The notes under the pieces are model-generated. The model was given only the letters and a program-made list of their open reading frames with translations, searched no databases and was not told the origin of the DNA. Below, piece by piece: positions 53,501-64,000 of a stretch of 64,000 nucleotides of DNA (its first letter is position 1; each line of letters starts with the position of its first letter). A program made the translations under genes and the position numbers. Source of the stretch: Lama guanicoe (taxonomy: Eukaryota); the NCBI GenBank assembly GCA_013239625.1, contig MU053758.1, positions 992,001-1,056,000 of the forward strand, written 5' to 3'.

Positions 53501-54663
53501 CATGTAAGGAGTTAAGATGTCTAACAGCTCAAAGCAAGCTGACTTCAGCAGCAGAATGCAGCTTCTCTTCTAGCTCCCATCCCTATGCCCTGCAGTGAGC
53601 CTTTAGCAAAAAAAGGGAGCTTTGGCCCTCTCCTGGCCAAGAATAACTATCTAAATCTACCCCTTGGCTCAGGCCCAGGAGAGCCGACTTATCAGGACCT
53701 TACAACAACAGGCCTGACCACAAAGGAGGAGAACGTCAGGATACATATGTGTGTTTTGATATGGGGGGAGGTACAAGGCAACAGTCCACAAAATATTTGT
53801 GTCTTAGCAACAGATACACACTGCATCAAAGCCCATCACAACATGACTCCCTCCCCCACCCCAGGCCTCCAGGAGTCATGTTGAAATCTAAGCAGTAAAC
53901 ACACAGGCATGTTCTAGGAACCTCCTACTGCCCTGACAGTACATTTAGAGGTAGGTCAATGGTTCAACACAAGGAAAATGCTCCCAGCCCCCAATCCGTC
54001 AGACAATTCAGCCCATTCTTATTCAAGAACAAAGCCTGAAATCCCCCTGCAACCTCTCTGGTTCTTTATATTATTGTGACCACATTCCTTCAGGACCAGC
54101 CCATCCCCCCAACCCCAGATCCTTCCCACCCATCCCTCCATGTAGCCACTAACCTCTTTGGTTAAGTCTCCACTGACTGGAGGGGCCACAGCCCCCAAAT
54201 CCTCCAAATCTTCACTGAATCCGGGCTCCGTTTCGCTTTCTCGCACCCCGTTGTCTGGGCCGGTCACATCTTGGAGACCACTGGAACTCTCGAGGGTGAG
54301 GCCTGAGCTAGGCTGGCTGCCAGAGACAGACCCCTCCGGATCTCGGTGGACCAGCCAGGCGTTAACCTCAGTGGTCGGCACCTGGAACCTGTCCAGGGCC
54401 CTCACCTGACTGAGGAGCCGCCGGGCAGTGAAGTAATTGTCCAGGTCTATGCTCTTGGGGTGGATACCATAGCCATCCAAGGTATTCCTCAGGTTGTGGA
54501 ACTGGGTCTGAGTATAGGCAGAACTGGGCCCCAGGATGATCTCCCGGAGTGGGGGGAGCTGTGAGGTCAGGTAAGTATCCACGTCCACCCGCACCCCAAT
54601 CAAACTGAGCAGAATGGTGAACTGGAGGAGTCCTTCCGTTAAGTATTTCTTCAGAGAAAGCAT
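46149..54663 (-). CDS. NFE2L1: NFE2-like bZIP transcription factor 1 (NRF1/TCF11), spliced CDS complement(join(46149..47504,48296..48454,48678..48767,49181..49396,54154..54663)), 776 aa long isoform
   Basis: 510+216+90+159+1356=2331 nt (776 aa + stop), all phase-0 GT-AG junctions. Contains MLSLKKYLTEGLLQFTILLSLIG (NHB1), DIDLID/DLG and ETGE motifs, DSGLS degron, serine repeat and CNC-bZIP RRRGKNKMAAQNCRKRK. Confidence 0.97.
46941..46991 (-). repeat. NFE2L1: Imperfect (TCC/TCT)n coding microsatellite encoding 17 consecutive serines
   Basis: (GGA/AGA)n run on + strand, 51 nt between a Gly codon and a Thr codon. Confidence 0.9.
47810..47990 (+). mobile_element. MIR SINE fragment
   Basis: CCACTTGCTGTGTGACC..CACTCAACCTCTCT..TTTCCTCACCTTTAAAAT..TTGTGAGGGTCAAGTGAGATGA. 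Confidence 0.6.
48296..48454 (-). CDS. NFE2L1: NFE2L1 exon 5 (FPADISSITEAVPSES...QDLMSIMEMQ)
   Basis: 159 nt, cttag acceptor, gtagga donor. Confidence 0.94.
48678..48767 (-). CDS. NFE2L1: NFE2L1 exon 4 (TCF11-specific cassette, VPGGEDQTALSLKECLRLLEATCPFGENAE)
   Basis: 90 nt symmetric phase-0 exon, cacag acceptor, gtgagc donor; skipped in the Nrf1-alpha isoform (established). Confidence 0.88.
49181..49396 (-). CDS. NFE2L1: NFE2L1 exon 3 (Neh2-like: DIDLIDILWRQDIDLG...DGETGESFPAQ)
   Basis: 216 nt, ttcag acceptor, gtact donor. Confidence 0.95.
51004..51039 (-). CDS. NFE2L1: NFE2L1 alternative first coding exon (Nrf1b-type, MGWESHLTAASA)
   Basis: ATG GGG TGG GAG TCC CAT CTC ACT GCA GCC TCT GCG|gtgagc; phase 0, so it splices in frame to exon 3; matches the Nrf1b N-terminus MGWESRLTAASA as recalled. 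Confidence 0.85.
51130..51380 (-). promoter_or_regulatory. NFE2L1: NFE2L1 internal promoter: degenerate ~42-bp tandem array of six GAGCCAATC boxes and three GTTACCTAG motifs
   Basis: GAGCCAATC at 51153, 51204, 51246, 51287, 51329, 51371; GTTACCTAG at 51133, 51268, 51352; directly upstream of the Nrf1b exon. Confidence 0.8.
52875..53079 (+). mobile_element. MER20-like DNA transposon
   Basis: CCTGGCACTACTGACACTTGGGGCCAGAT..CCCACTAGATGCCAACAGCACC..GTTGTGACAACCAAAA..GGACCACTG. Confidence 0.78.
54154..54663 (-). CDS. NFE2L1: NFE2L1 first coding exon (exon 2; whole exon 54154..55156), 170 aa N-terminal domain
   Basis: ATG at 54663, gttagt donor at 54153, ttgcag acceptor at 55157; includes NAWLVH near the DDI2 cleavage region (established). 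Confidence 0.95.
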
Positions 54664-56399
54664 TGCTGAAGGACCAGAATGTTTATGCTTTTTGGTTTTT
54701 AAATCTTCCAAAAGATAAATCAAGGCCACTGCTCTGCTGCTCCAGCCAGCAAGTTACCCGCCTCAGTGCCAAACCCTGTACCCCACCCTGGCAACTCCTT
54801 GATGGCCTCAGATGAAAGCACACCCCTTGGATCCAAGGCCACACTCCAGACCACATTCACTTTTCCCTTCTTGATACCTCACCTCTGAAAGTGCAACTGT
54901 TCCTAACCCAGTCCAGGCCCTCAGGGCCCACGTGACTCACTGTCTCCACAGTCCACATACAGTCACTTCCTCACTCACGTTAGCTGGCCTCTCTCTGTAG
55001 ATTCCAATGCAGGCTGTTCTCAGGAACAGCTGATGGATTTTTTTTTTTCCTTCTCCTTCCTAAGGTTTATTTTCTTTGGCTGGAGCTACAGGCCTTTTGT
55101 CTTGGGTCAGAGTGTCCCGCCTCCTCCACACTTACCAGGGGGGTTTCCAGAGAAACCTGCAATAGGAATCAAAAAAGCAAGAGAATAAGATTCCATAATT
55201 TTCATGCCATGATCAGGGCAAAAGGTAGAAAACACATTAAAAGGCCACTTTTATTTTTTATTAAAAAATAAGTCAATTATTATACTCCCAGAGAAACAAA
55301 AACAAAAACCTGTTACAGACAACAACTATGAAAGGAAGATATTGCTCACAAAGGGTCTTAGTTTCTAGATATTAATCTTGCAACATCTTAAAAGGTAGCT
55401 CATTTTGGATAAGCTGATAATGCCCAGAGCATCCAAAATATTTTACATGTCTGATTTACTAACCCTCCCCCAACCCCATACACACACTACCCACTTCTAT
55501 TTTTAGCTTGAGAAGTCCATTTCCTATCTTGAAAGAAAGTTTCCCATCTCTCGCGAGAAAACTGCCTGCAATTCTTGTCAAAGGGGAGGGAGATTATTAA
55601 TGGGTGAGAGTGTAAAAGGACAAGAGGACAACCACCACATCACAGTAACCCTTTTTGTTTTCCCAACTTTGAAATCTGATTTCCCTTTCCTATCACTCAC
55701 ATTAAAAAAAAAAAATGAGGGGTACTAACAGGAATGAGGGGGCCCTGAGGCAGGATTAATTGGTCCTGAATTTGAATAGACAAATTTTATTTTTATTCAC
55801 TTGACCTTCTGAGCCAAAGCAGAAGGATATGACCCAGTCCCCAACCCAGATAGCCAAGTGGGGAGAGAGTAAATCTGCCTTTCAGTTTCTAGCCTCTACT
55901 TTTGAGCTTCCATTACCCTCAGAAACCAAGACATAGCTCTCTCCTCTTCACTGTTGTGACCCATGTACCAACTTAATCCTAAAGGGAAAAGAGGGATCTA
56001 CCCACACACATACACACACACACGCCCCCTTAAAGTGGGATCTACACACACACACACCCTTATCTGGTTAGAGTAAACACAACTGCGACCCAGAATTCCT
56101 CCTTACGCTACCCTCCAGTTCTCACACAATTTATTACTAAAACCTCCCAAGAGCCAATTAAGTACAAGAAACCGGACAAGGTCTCTTAAAGACCGAGTAA
56201 GGCCAGGTCTGAGCCCAGTCCCACCCTGCCCCGGATACCCGAGTCCGGCTGGGACCAAGTCGCCATGCCGCTCCTGGCGCCTCGGCTTCTAGCCTTCTGG
56301 AACAGCAGCGAACAAGTGCTACTTTCCTGGCCTTGACCCTCCCTTACAGCCAAACCCCACCCCGCCCTCCGCCCCTGTGGCCCCACCCCACCCCCAAGC

Positions 56400-57510
56400 C
56401 CGGGCCTAACACCACGCCTTCTCAGGCCCTCAGCCCTCCCCAGTCCAACCCACGCCGCAGCCGGCTTTCTCCGCGGCCTCTCGGCCCCTCCCCGCCAGGG
56501 CCAGGGCCTGGCCTCGACGCGAACTCGGTTCGGCCGCCCGCTCCCGCCTCCTGCCCCTCAGCTCCACCCCGCCGCCCTTCACCCCATAAGCCTCGGCCCC
56601 ACGGTGCTGCACCCCTCCCGTCAGGGAAAACAATGTGCCTGATACCCGCTGCTGAGCTCGGCTTCCGCCGCTGCCGCCACAGCAGGCCCTCAACCCGAGT
56701 CCAGGCCTTGCCGCCGCCACAGCCGGCCGGCCTAGAGCTCGCCAGCCTCTGCTTCCCTCCCGCCCCCTCTTTCCACCTCACTCGGAAGCCCGCCCTCCGC
56801 GTCCCAGGAACACGTTCCTCCAATCGACTAGGCGAGACCGCAGCCATCGCCGGATGTCGCTTTGATTGACAGCAGAGAGAGCCCAATGGGCTGAGTGTGC
56901 CTCCTCCTCCCTATAACAATTTCCCAAGACTGACATGGTCCACGGCCCAATGGGCATATAGGTCCACCCCGCGGCGTAGGCCGGCCAATAAAAGGGGCGA
57001 AGGGCCGGTCTCCCGGCGTTCTGGACCTCCTCCGTGCGCCGGCCGCAGGAGGTGTTACAGGCTGGGCGCGTAGTAAAAGAAACAGGCTGAGCGCTTCCAG
57101 TGCATCGTTTGGCGGGGGTATAAGGTCTCACGGCCAGTAATAGGAGGTGGTATCGCCGTCGGAGCGCGGAATCCCCCCCTTGAGGGTTCCCACGATGACT
57201 TGCAAAAGTCCTGTGAGACCTGAGCGGCTGTGGTGGGGCACAGAGCATGTGTTTCGCATGTGGGGATGCTCGTGCCGCCATCTTGGGTGCTGGCAGCGGA
57301 ACCCGCTCCCCCAGCTTCCGCTCCGTGCGGGCCTGGCATATCGTCCCTCGCCAGCCAGGGACTGTTGCACTGTTTGTCCGGAGCAAGGGTCGCATCGTGG
57401 CAGCAGCCCTGTGGACAGGTTGCCACGACAGTAGTGGGACATTGGGAGTGTAAGAGATACGGCATAATCTGTTTTTTGTCACGATAGAAACACCCGGAAG
57501 AGCTCTTCCT
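56400..57510 (-). promoter_or_regulatory. NFE2L1: NFE2L1 main CpG-island promoter and non-coding exon 1 (3' end 56646)
   Basis: CpG island; donor CGG|GTATC at 56645; CCAAT at 56820, 56883, 56947, 56985; PBX/PREP decamer TGATTGACAG 56863-56872; YY1 GCCGCCATCTT 57274-57284. Confidence 0.85.
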
Positions 57511-58286
57511 CTCTCTAGTCTTCCCTGCCAAGCTCCCATGGAGCTTAGTTTTGCTTTTCAGGAAATTTCCTCAGTTTCTAGTGTTCTCCAGTTTCACCTC
57601 GGCAACATCTTTTGTGATTTTTCAAGCATTATTTTACCCCCAACATCACTTGGGGAAGCTGGCAAATTTTGAGGCACTGCTCCAGAGGTTCTGATACCCT
57701 TATTTTGGGGTGGCAGCATGATAAACTTGACTGTTTATTAAACCACTCGGGTAGTTTTAATGCTGCTGGTGTGGAGATCACTTTTAGGCAGCCACTGAGT
57801 TTAGTATGTTGAATCTGCTATGTTGTTCCCAGCTGTGGGAGGCATTGGCTCAAATTCTTGACTCCTAATCTAGTGGGCAAGTCATTGGTCCTTGTACAAC
57901 CAAGGACAAGGCCAGCTGGTCACTCATTTGATGAGAACATCGAGTCCATCACGTGTCTGGAGAGTTAGGCAGCTTCATTTGGGTTAGTTCACAGACTAAG
58001 GACTTTCACCATGTAGAAGTATACAGCAGCATTCATTAATTGAATCTTCAGAAAACTGAGCCAGTTACCCTTTCAGAGAGAATGTGCTTTATTTTTTTCA
58101 TTTTACTGTTTGTCTCCCAGGGAGTGCTAAAATATAAACTCCTTAAGGACTAGAGTTTTGTGCATCAGCTGTTTAGTTTTCAACACCTAGAACAGTGCCT
58201 GCAACTTAGTAGACACTCAATAAATACTTGCTGACTAATTGAAGGGGAACTCAAGCAGGTAGGCCTGCGATTTAAATTTCCTGTTA

Positions 58287-58472
58287 TATTACCATATATA
58301 AAATAAACAACAAGGACCTACTGTATAGCACAGGGAACTATATTCAATTTCTTATAATAACATAATGGAAAAGAATCTGGAAAAAAGTATGTATAACTGA
58401 ATCACTTTGCTGCACACCTGAAGCTAACACTGTAACTCAGCTACACTACAATAAAAGTAAACTTTTAAAAAA
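58287..58472 (+). mobile_element. 5'-truncated L1 3' end of cetartiodactyl type
   Basis: AACAACAAGGACCTACTGTATAGCACAGGGAACTATATTCAA..ATAACTGAATCACTTTGCTGCACACCTGAA..CAATAAAA; approximate TSD TTAA(AT/G)TTCCTGTTA at 58272 and 58473. Confidence 0.85.
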
Positions 58473-60685
58473 TTAAGTTCCTGTTAAAATCAGAAACTAA
58501 TACTTGGAGGAAGTGTGATTTTGAAGAATATGGCATGTTATCAAGAAAATGGTTGATCGTTCAACCCCTGAATAAGACCACAAAGGTAAATACTACCATT
58601 GGATAAGAAAGGAGAAGTTAAGGTGTGATCGGTAACTCTAAAAATGTATCAACGGGATTGAAAAGGAAATATTTTAAAACCACAGCACTAAAAGATATCA
58701 AGAGTAGACTGAAGTTACCAGGCTTAAATACAAGACTATTTTAAGAAGACAGAAGGAAAAATTGCATACTAAAAGTGGCCACCTGTTTGACACAGCAAAT
58801 ACAGAACAATTTTAAACCCTGTCATAGTTTTGAAAAAGCAACAACTGGGCAATCCTATATGGGGAGTCAGGGAACCTTAGCACCAACAGTGGACAGTCCA
58901 TTTGTATTTTTCAAGTTTCTTTTGCGCTACATAGCTGGGTACCAGCTGCCTGGGATAAGAAATAAAGTCATGTAGTGTATATAAGACTAACAAGAATCAA
59001 GATAAATATTCACTGAAATGGCATTTGTGGGTGGGACTGCCACACTGGGGAGATAACATGTGATACTCTCATGACACTTTGAAAGCCTAAATTCATTTGG
59101 TCACTTTTTAATGGCTTATAGCTTTGTTGAGATAGCACTCTTGTCCATCCTCTCCTTTCTGGGGTCCTGGCTGTGGAGAGAGCAGCAGGCTCTGAGAATA
59201 GGAGGGGCTCCATGTTAATCCTTAGAGAAAGGGGTGGGAGAGGTGTAGTGTCTTTTGTTTTTGCCCACACTATCCTGTTCCTTTTCTTTTGCCTCCCAGC
59301 TTCAAGGACTGTGTTTAAATGTGTATAATAAGTGAGTGTAAAGTTGGAGAGAGATGGATGAGGAACTGTATTATTGGATTAAAGAACGACAGGGTAGTTT
59401 GAAAAAATTTCCTGCTCAGCAGTTACAGAAAGATGGGAAGAAAAAGGGGAGAACAATTTCTGGCCCATTGCAAGGGCTGAGGAGAATGTAGGTGCAAATA
59501 AAGTCTCAGCAGCAGGTGGTTAGGCCTGGCACGGTGTGGGCGTCCAGGATATTTAATATTTTCCTTGTAGGGTGGAGATTGAAATACTGTCTTCTACTCT
59601 GTCTAGAGTTCCAGGTCAAGTCTGAGCAGGTGCAAACCTCCTTCGCAGAACCCACTGATTAACCTTGTAAAATCCAGGGTGTATCCATCTTCACCGGGGA
59701 AGCTACCCGCCTCCCTCCCCCACAACACTCCTCCTCCCCCTCTTTGCCTGGGACAGCTGTTAATAGGACAATTACCCAAGAAGCAAAAGAAAGATCCCGT
59801 GCTGATGTGTCATCAGTCCTGGTTTATCCATTAAGTCAGAGGGAGAAGACCACTGGAAAAAGTGAGCGCATGCACTTGCTCCCTAAGGGAGAGGCTGAGA
59901 GCCATCAGTAGAACCAGGCCTTGCCGGGGAGACTCCAGGCTGCTCAGGAGAGGAGAGATGGCAGTGGGAAGCCAGAAAGAGGGTTAGTTCTAATACACAG
60001 GGATTTAGGGTCATAAAAAGAGCCAGTTAACTACACTGAAATCTGATATGTTGACCCACCTTCCTCCTCAGGAAAAGCTTTTGCTGCCACCAGCAGGCAC
60101 ATCCATCCTCCAGTCATCCTGAGAGAATGACACCTGCCAGGAAACCCTGAGGGAACGTGGGAAGGCAGGCTGGCTGCGGCTCAGAGTTCTTGTGGAATGG
60201 CAGAAATTGCTTTTTCCCCAAGGGGAAACCCAATCTTTCTATTCTGGTTGCCCATTAGTTTTCCTTTCTTTAAAATTATTTTTATTTTTTTTAAGATGAA
60301 AGTAGATCTATTCAGGGAGATTGCACACTCCATAGAGTGCAGGCCATCTCAGACGGCATAAACATGTTTTTAAATGTCCCTAGTCTATATAAATACTTCT
60401 CACTCTCCAATTTGCAAGTATTCCAACAGAATGGATGAAATGGCTGCCTGAGATTTCCTTACCGCCCTTCTGAGAGATTCTAGGATTACATCCTGTCAAT
60501 ACTAAATGTTACCCTGTTTTGCAAGGAAATCAATTAGTTTTCCAACTAATTCAGACATCTGGCCCCCTTTCTTACATGGTAAACATCATTAGCAAGCTTG
60601 TTACCATTAAACCATCAAAAGAGGTAAAGCTCTTCTGCAAGCTAGCCTCTTCCCTGTACACCCTTCCCATGGCTGTCTTAGAAGA

Positions 60686-60862
60686 TTGCTTCTCAACCCT
60701 GGCTGCACATTAGAATCACCTGGGGGGCTTGTAAAAGATATCAGTGCCCAGGTCCCACCCCCAACCAATTAAATCACAGTCTCTCAGAGCAGCCTGGGGC
60801 GTCAGGATTTTGTAAAAGCTCCTCAGGTGATTCTTATGTGCAGCCAGAGTAGAGAATCACTA
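60686..60862. mobile_element. MER5A-like hAT MITE
   Basis: TTCTCAACCCTGGCTGCACATTAGAATCACCTG ... CAGGTGATTCTTATGTGCAGCCAGAGTAGAGAA: long terminal inverted repeats. Confidence 0.82.
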
Positions 60863-61760
60863 GCTTGGAGCAGGAATCCAAGTTGGGTAAAAAAGAACAG
60901 CAGCGATAACGCACGAGCACAGACTAGAATCACCACTGGACTTTAGGATGTCCTCCTTCTCAGTCGTAACATGTTGTCTTCCTGGACCTATCCAATGAAA
61001 ATGCCTCATTGGTCACTCATACCTTGGTGTAACATTTCATGAAGCTGGGTTCGGCCATCCCGTACGTCTCACCACACTGTCCCAAACAATGTTGGGTAAT
61101 TTGCTTTGTATAGCTCTCAGTGCAGCATGTCATAATCAGCAAGGTACTACTGTGAGGGGGGGGAGTGGATATTTTGGATTCGGAGCTGCGTTCAAAAGTC
61201 TGGCTCTGCCACGTACTATTTGGGCCCTCCTGAACTAAAATGGAGATGACAATGTACATATTCACATTTAAAAATCAGATCCTGTGCATAAAGCCATTCA
61301 TGCATGGGTAGAGCTAAGTGTGAGGTCCCTTTCTCACTCAACTCTCTACAACATTATCCCAGAGAAAGCCAAACATGTTGCAGAAATGAGAGCTGTCCTT
61401 AGAATGGTCAACTGGAAACATCCTGCCGACAGAGCAGGGAAGCTTTTGTTTTCTCTCTGGAGGATGCCACAAGCACACACCTCACACTACACACACACCT
61501 CCCCCACTTGACATTATAGCAGGAAGGATAGAGAGAGGCTGTTACCCGAGGGAGCTGTTTCTTCTTCTCACACAAGAACAGATGCTGAAATCCTAGGACA
61601 GACAGCACAGAATACGGCAGCAGGCGGTTGAGTCAGAGGAAATGGGATGGTCTCACCTCCAAGATACACCAAGGCCCAGAGGGGACACTTCTGAATCACT
61701 AGGCTCCTAGAGACGCCAAAGGGCAGAGACATATGTGTATGTGTTTTTACTACCAATTCT

Positions 61761-62282
61761 TGTAATAAAGGAGAACAAATCTGACTCTATATTGGGTCTG
61801 TTCCTTTAGTTTAACCACTGTGCCCTGCTTTCTAGGCTTAGTTTTGCTAGCTGTGCACCTTTTGTAAAACAATGTTGCCTTTAGCCTGAAATATACAGGA
61901 GAGCCTATTCTCGGGGCTCTGACCTTTTAAGGATGTTAGCACTTCTGCATTTATGTAGAGATGGTAAGTTGCAAAATAGAGAATAACCTTTGTTGGAGGT
62001 TTACAGGGACACCATGGCCTGACCCACAGGGACACCTACAAGAACAAAGAATTCCGGCAGCAAGAAGTTTGCAACAACGAACCACACCTCCTCCCCAGTT
62101 TTTGTTTGTATAAAAGGAGCCTGTATTCTGACTGGAGTCGGATGGTTCTCCATGACATTCATCTGCCATCCTCTCGGTCTTCCGGCTTTCCGAATAAAGT
62201 CATTATTCCTTGCCCCAACACCTTGTCTCCCGATTTATTGGCCTGGCATGCAGCGAGCAGAACAAGTTTGGACTTGGCAACA
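61761..62282 (+). mobile_element. ERV1-class solo LTR (MER41-like), 522 bp
   Basis: TG...CA termini, perfect 4-bp TSD TTCT (61757-61760 and 62283-62286), TATAAAA 62109-62115, AATAAA 62193-62198. Confidence 0.9.
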
Positions 62283-63289
62283 TTCTGAGTCCAGCTCCTC
62301 CATAGACTCCAGCTGGTAGAGTTGCACACAGCACCTCCCCCCTGGGCTCCCCCACCCCAACCCAAGGAAGCTGAGAGCCTGGAAACAGCAAGGAAACTGC
62401 TTTTGAACCCAGCTCTGGCTTCCTCATTCCGGGAGGCTCTCCAGGGGCTTCTCTTCTGCTGCATTTACACGCTACTCAAGGGCTGCCAGGCTTACACTTA
62501 AGTCCTTTTGGGGTGATGCTCCATGGGAGACACTGTCCTGACACTACACACGGACCTTGTACTTTTACACAGAATCCCATCAAAGTGGGGCCCGGAGGAG
62601 GGAAAGGAGTTCTGGGGTCTCTGTTGAGGGAGTCTGGGGAGGAGCCATCATTGGGGAAAAATCTCTTCCTTGAAAAGTTCTACTTGAGCACACTAAATTT
62701 ACTTAGTCACCACTGCACTTAAGCTGTAAAGAGATCCTGGTGACTTTAACAATAGCAACCCAGGTGGTGGAAGTGGTGGTGCTGAGGATTTGTGGGTCCT
62801 CAACTTCCTTCCCAGCCTTCTCTCACCCCCCCCCACCCCTCTACCTCTCTCCAGTGTCTTGTCAACCACTCTCCTGTAACTAACTACCCACCTACCTCTC
62901 CCTGCAGAGCACACCAGCTCTCTAGGTCCCCTGTCTTCCTCCTCCCTTCTTCTACAAGCTGACCCTCTCCCACTGTGGGTACCATATGCCACACAGAGGC
63001 TAGGAAATGCCACTGGAAGCTTTCTGGTGCTGTCTTTGTAAATATGAGCTAATAATGGACTAGCTCACAGAAATATTAAAGCATCAAAATAATCAAATCA
63101 GTATTTTTAATAACATATTGAGCTGACATGACCACTGACATCACTTCTGATGATCTGGAATCCAAACAAATAAAGTACTGTGTCTTTCTCCCCTCATTAT
63201 ACCAAGTAGCACTGATTAATGTTCATTATTATAGCTCTGGTAGCCTGCAGGGAAGATTCAGATGCCTTCTAAGTCATCACAAAAGGAGG

Positions 63290-63640
63290 TGCGATAGATG
63301 TTTCCTCAGATGTCTGTGTGGCTCGCTCCCTCACCTCCTTCGGCTCTTTGTTCAAATGTCACCTTCTTGAAGGCTTTCTCAAATGACCCTCATGAAATTG
63401 GCATACTGCCCAGCCTGTCCCCACCCCTTACATTCCTGATACCCATTTCTGCTCTATTTTTCTTCATAGCACTTATCACCAGCTCACATATCTATTTTAT
63501 TCATTTACCTGTGTATTTTCTGTCTTGCACAGAAATTCGTGCACACACAAACACTTGAATAAGCTCCATGCGAGCAAAGATCTTGTTTATGTTGGCTACT
63601 GTTCCATCACAGTGGCTAAAAAAGTACCTGCTACACAGCA
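63290..63640 (+). mobile_element. L2a-like LINE 3' fragment
   Basis: GCTCGCTCCCTCACCTCCTTCGG..TCAAATGTCACCTTCT..TTTTCTTCATAGCACTTATCACC..AAGCTCCATG. Confidence 0.7.
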
Positions 63641-64000
63641 CTCAGACTTTGTCCAGCATATAAAATATGGTTTCATCGGACCTATCACGTGCCAGGCTCT
63701 GTCTGGGGCAAATTAGTAAAAATGATAATTAGAGATTAAGAAAAGTACAATAAAAGAAATATGTAGGGTGCTGAGCTAGAAACTGGGACAGCAGAGACCT
63801 ACGAAGTTAGATTCGGTGCTTGTCAGAGAGGGCCTTTTAGAGATGACACTGAAGTTGAGATGAAGAATGAGAAGACTTGGTACTAGTCAGCAGAGGAAAA
63901 CCCCATCCCCCAGCCATCTGGGATGAAGGAGTGTGGCACCCAGCATAAGAGGACCTGAAGAGAAGAAGAGGGAAGAAATTTTTAGTCTGAAACCTGGGTT

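Noticed and set aside
56778..57539. 253-aa - strand ORF across the NFE2L1 promoter
   Set aside because: GC-rich CpG island lacks stop codons by composition; no recognisable domain.
58490..58900. Possible processed pseudogene or old LINE remnant
   Set aside because: No translatable similarity or repeat family I can support.

Overview
Mammalian genomic DNA; tRNA-derived SINEs resembling the camelid Vic-1 family suggest a camelid (inference). The window holds three complete spliced protein-coding genes in the order known from human 17q21.32. SNX11 is on the - strand (6 coding exons, 270 aa), CBX1/HP1-beta on the + strand (4 coding exons, 185 aa), and NFE2L1/NRF1 on the - strand (5 coding exons, 776 aa, plus the Nrf1b-type alternative first exon in intron 2). 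All coding exons were rebuilt by hand with GT-AG junctions and consistent phases. The rest is CpG-island promoters and transposon fossils: near full-length Tigger1, Charlie1, MER20, MER5, two ERV1-type solo LTRs, L1/L2/MIR pieces and four young SINEs. I see no evidence of a new protein-coding system. The most unusual structures are regulatory, around NFE2L1: a ~42-bp-phased array of six CCAAT boxes with RFX-like half-sites at the internal promoter, two in-frame uORFs joined by a UGA-AUG junction, and a candidate MDLE micro first exon that would give an NRF2-like N-terminus. Repeat family names and comparisons with human proteins are from memory, not database searches.
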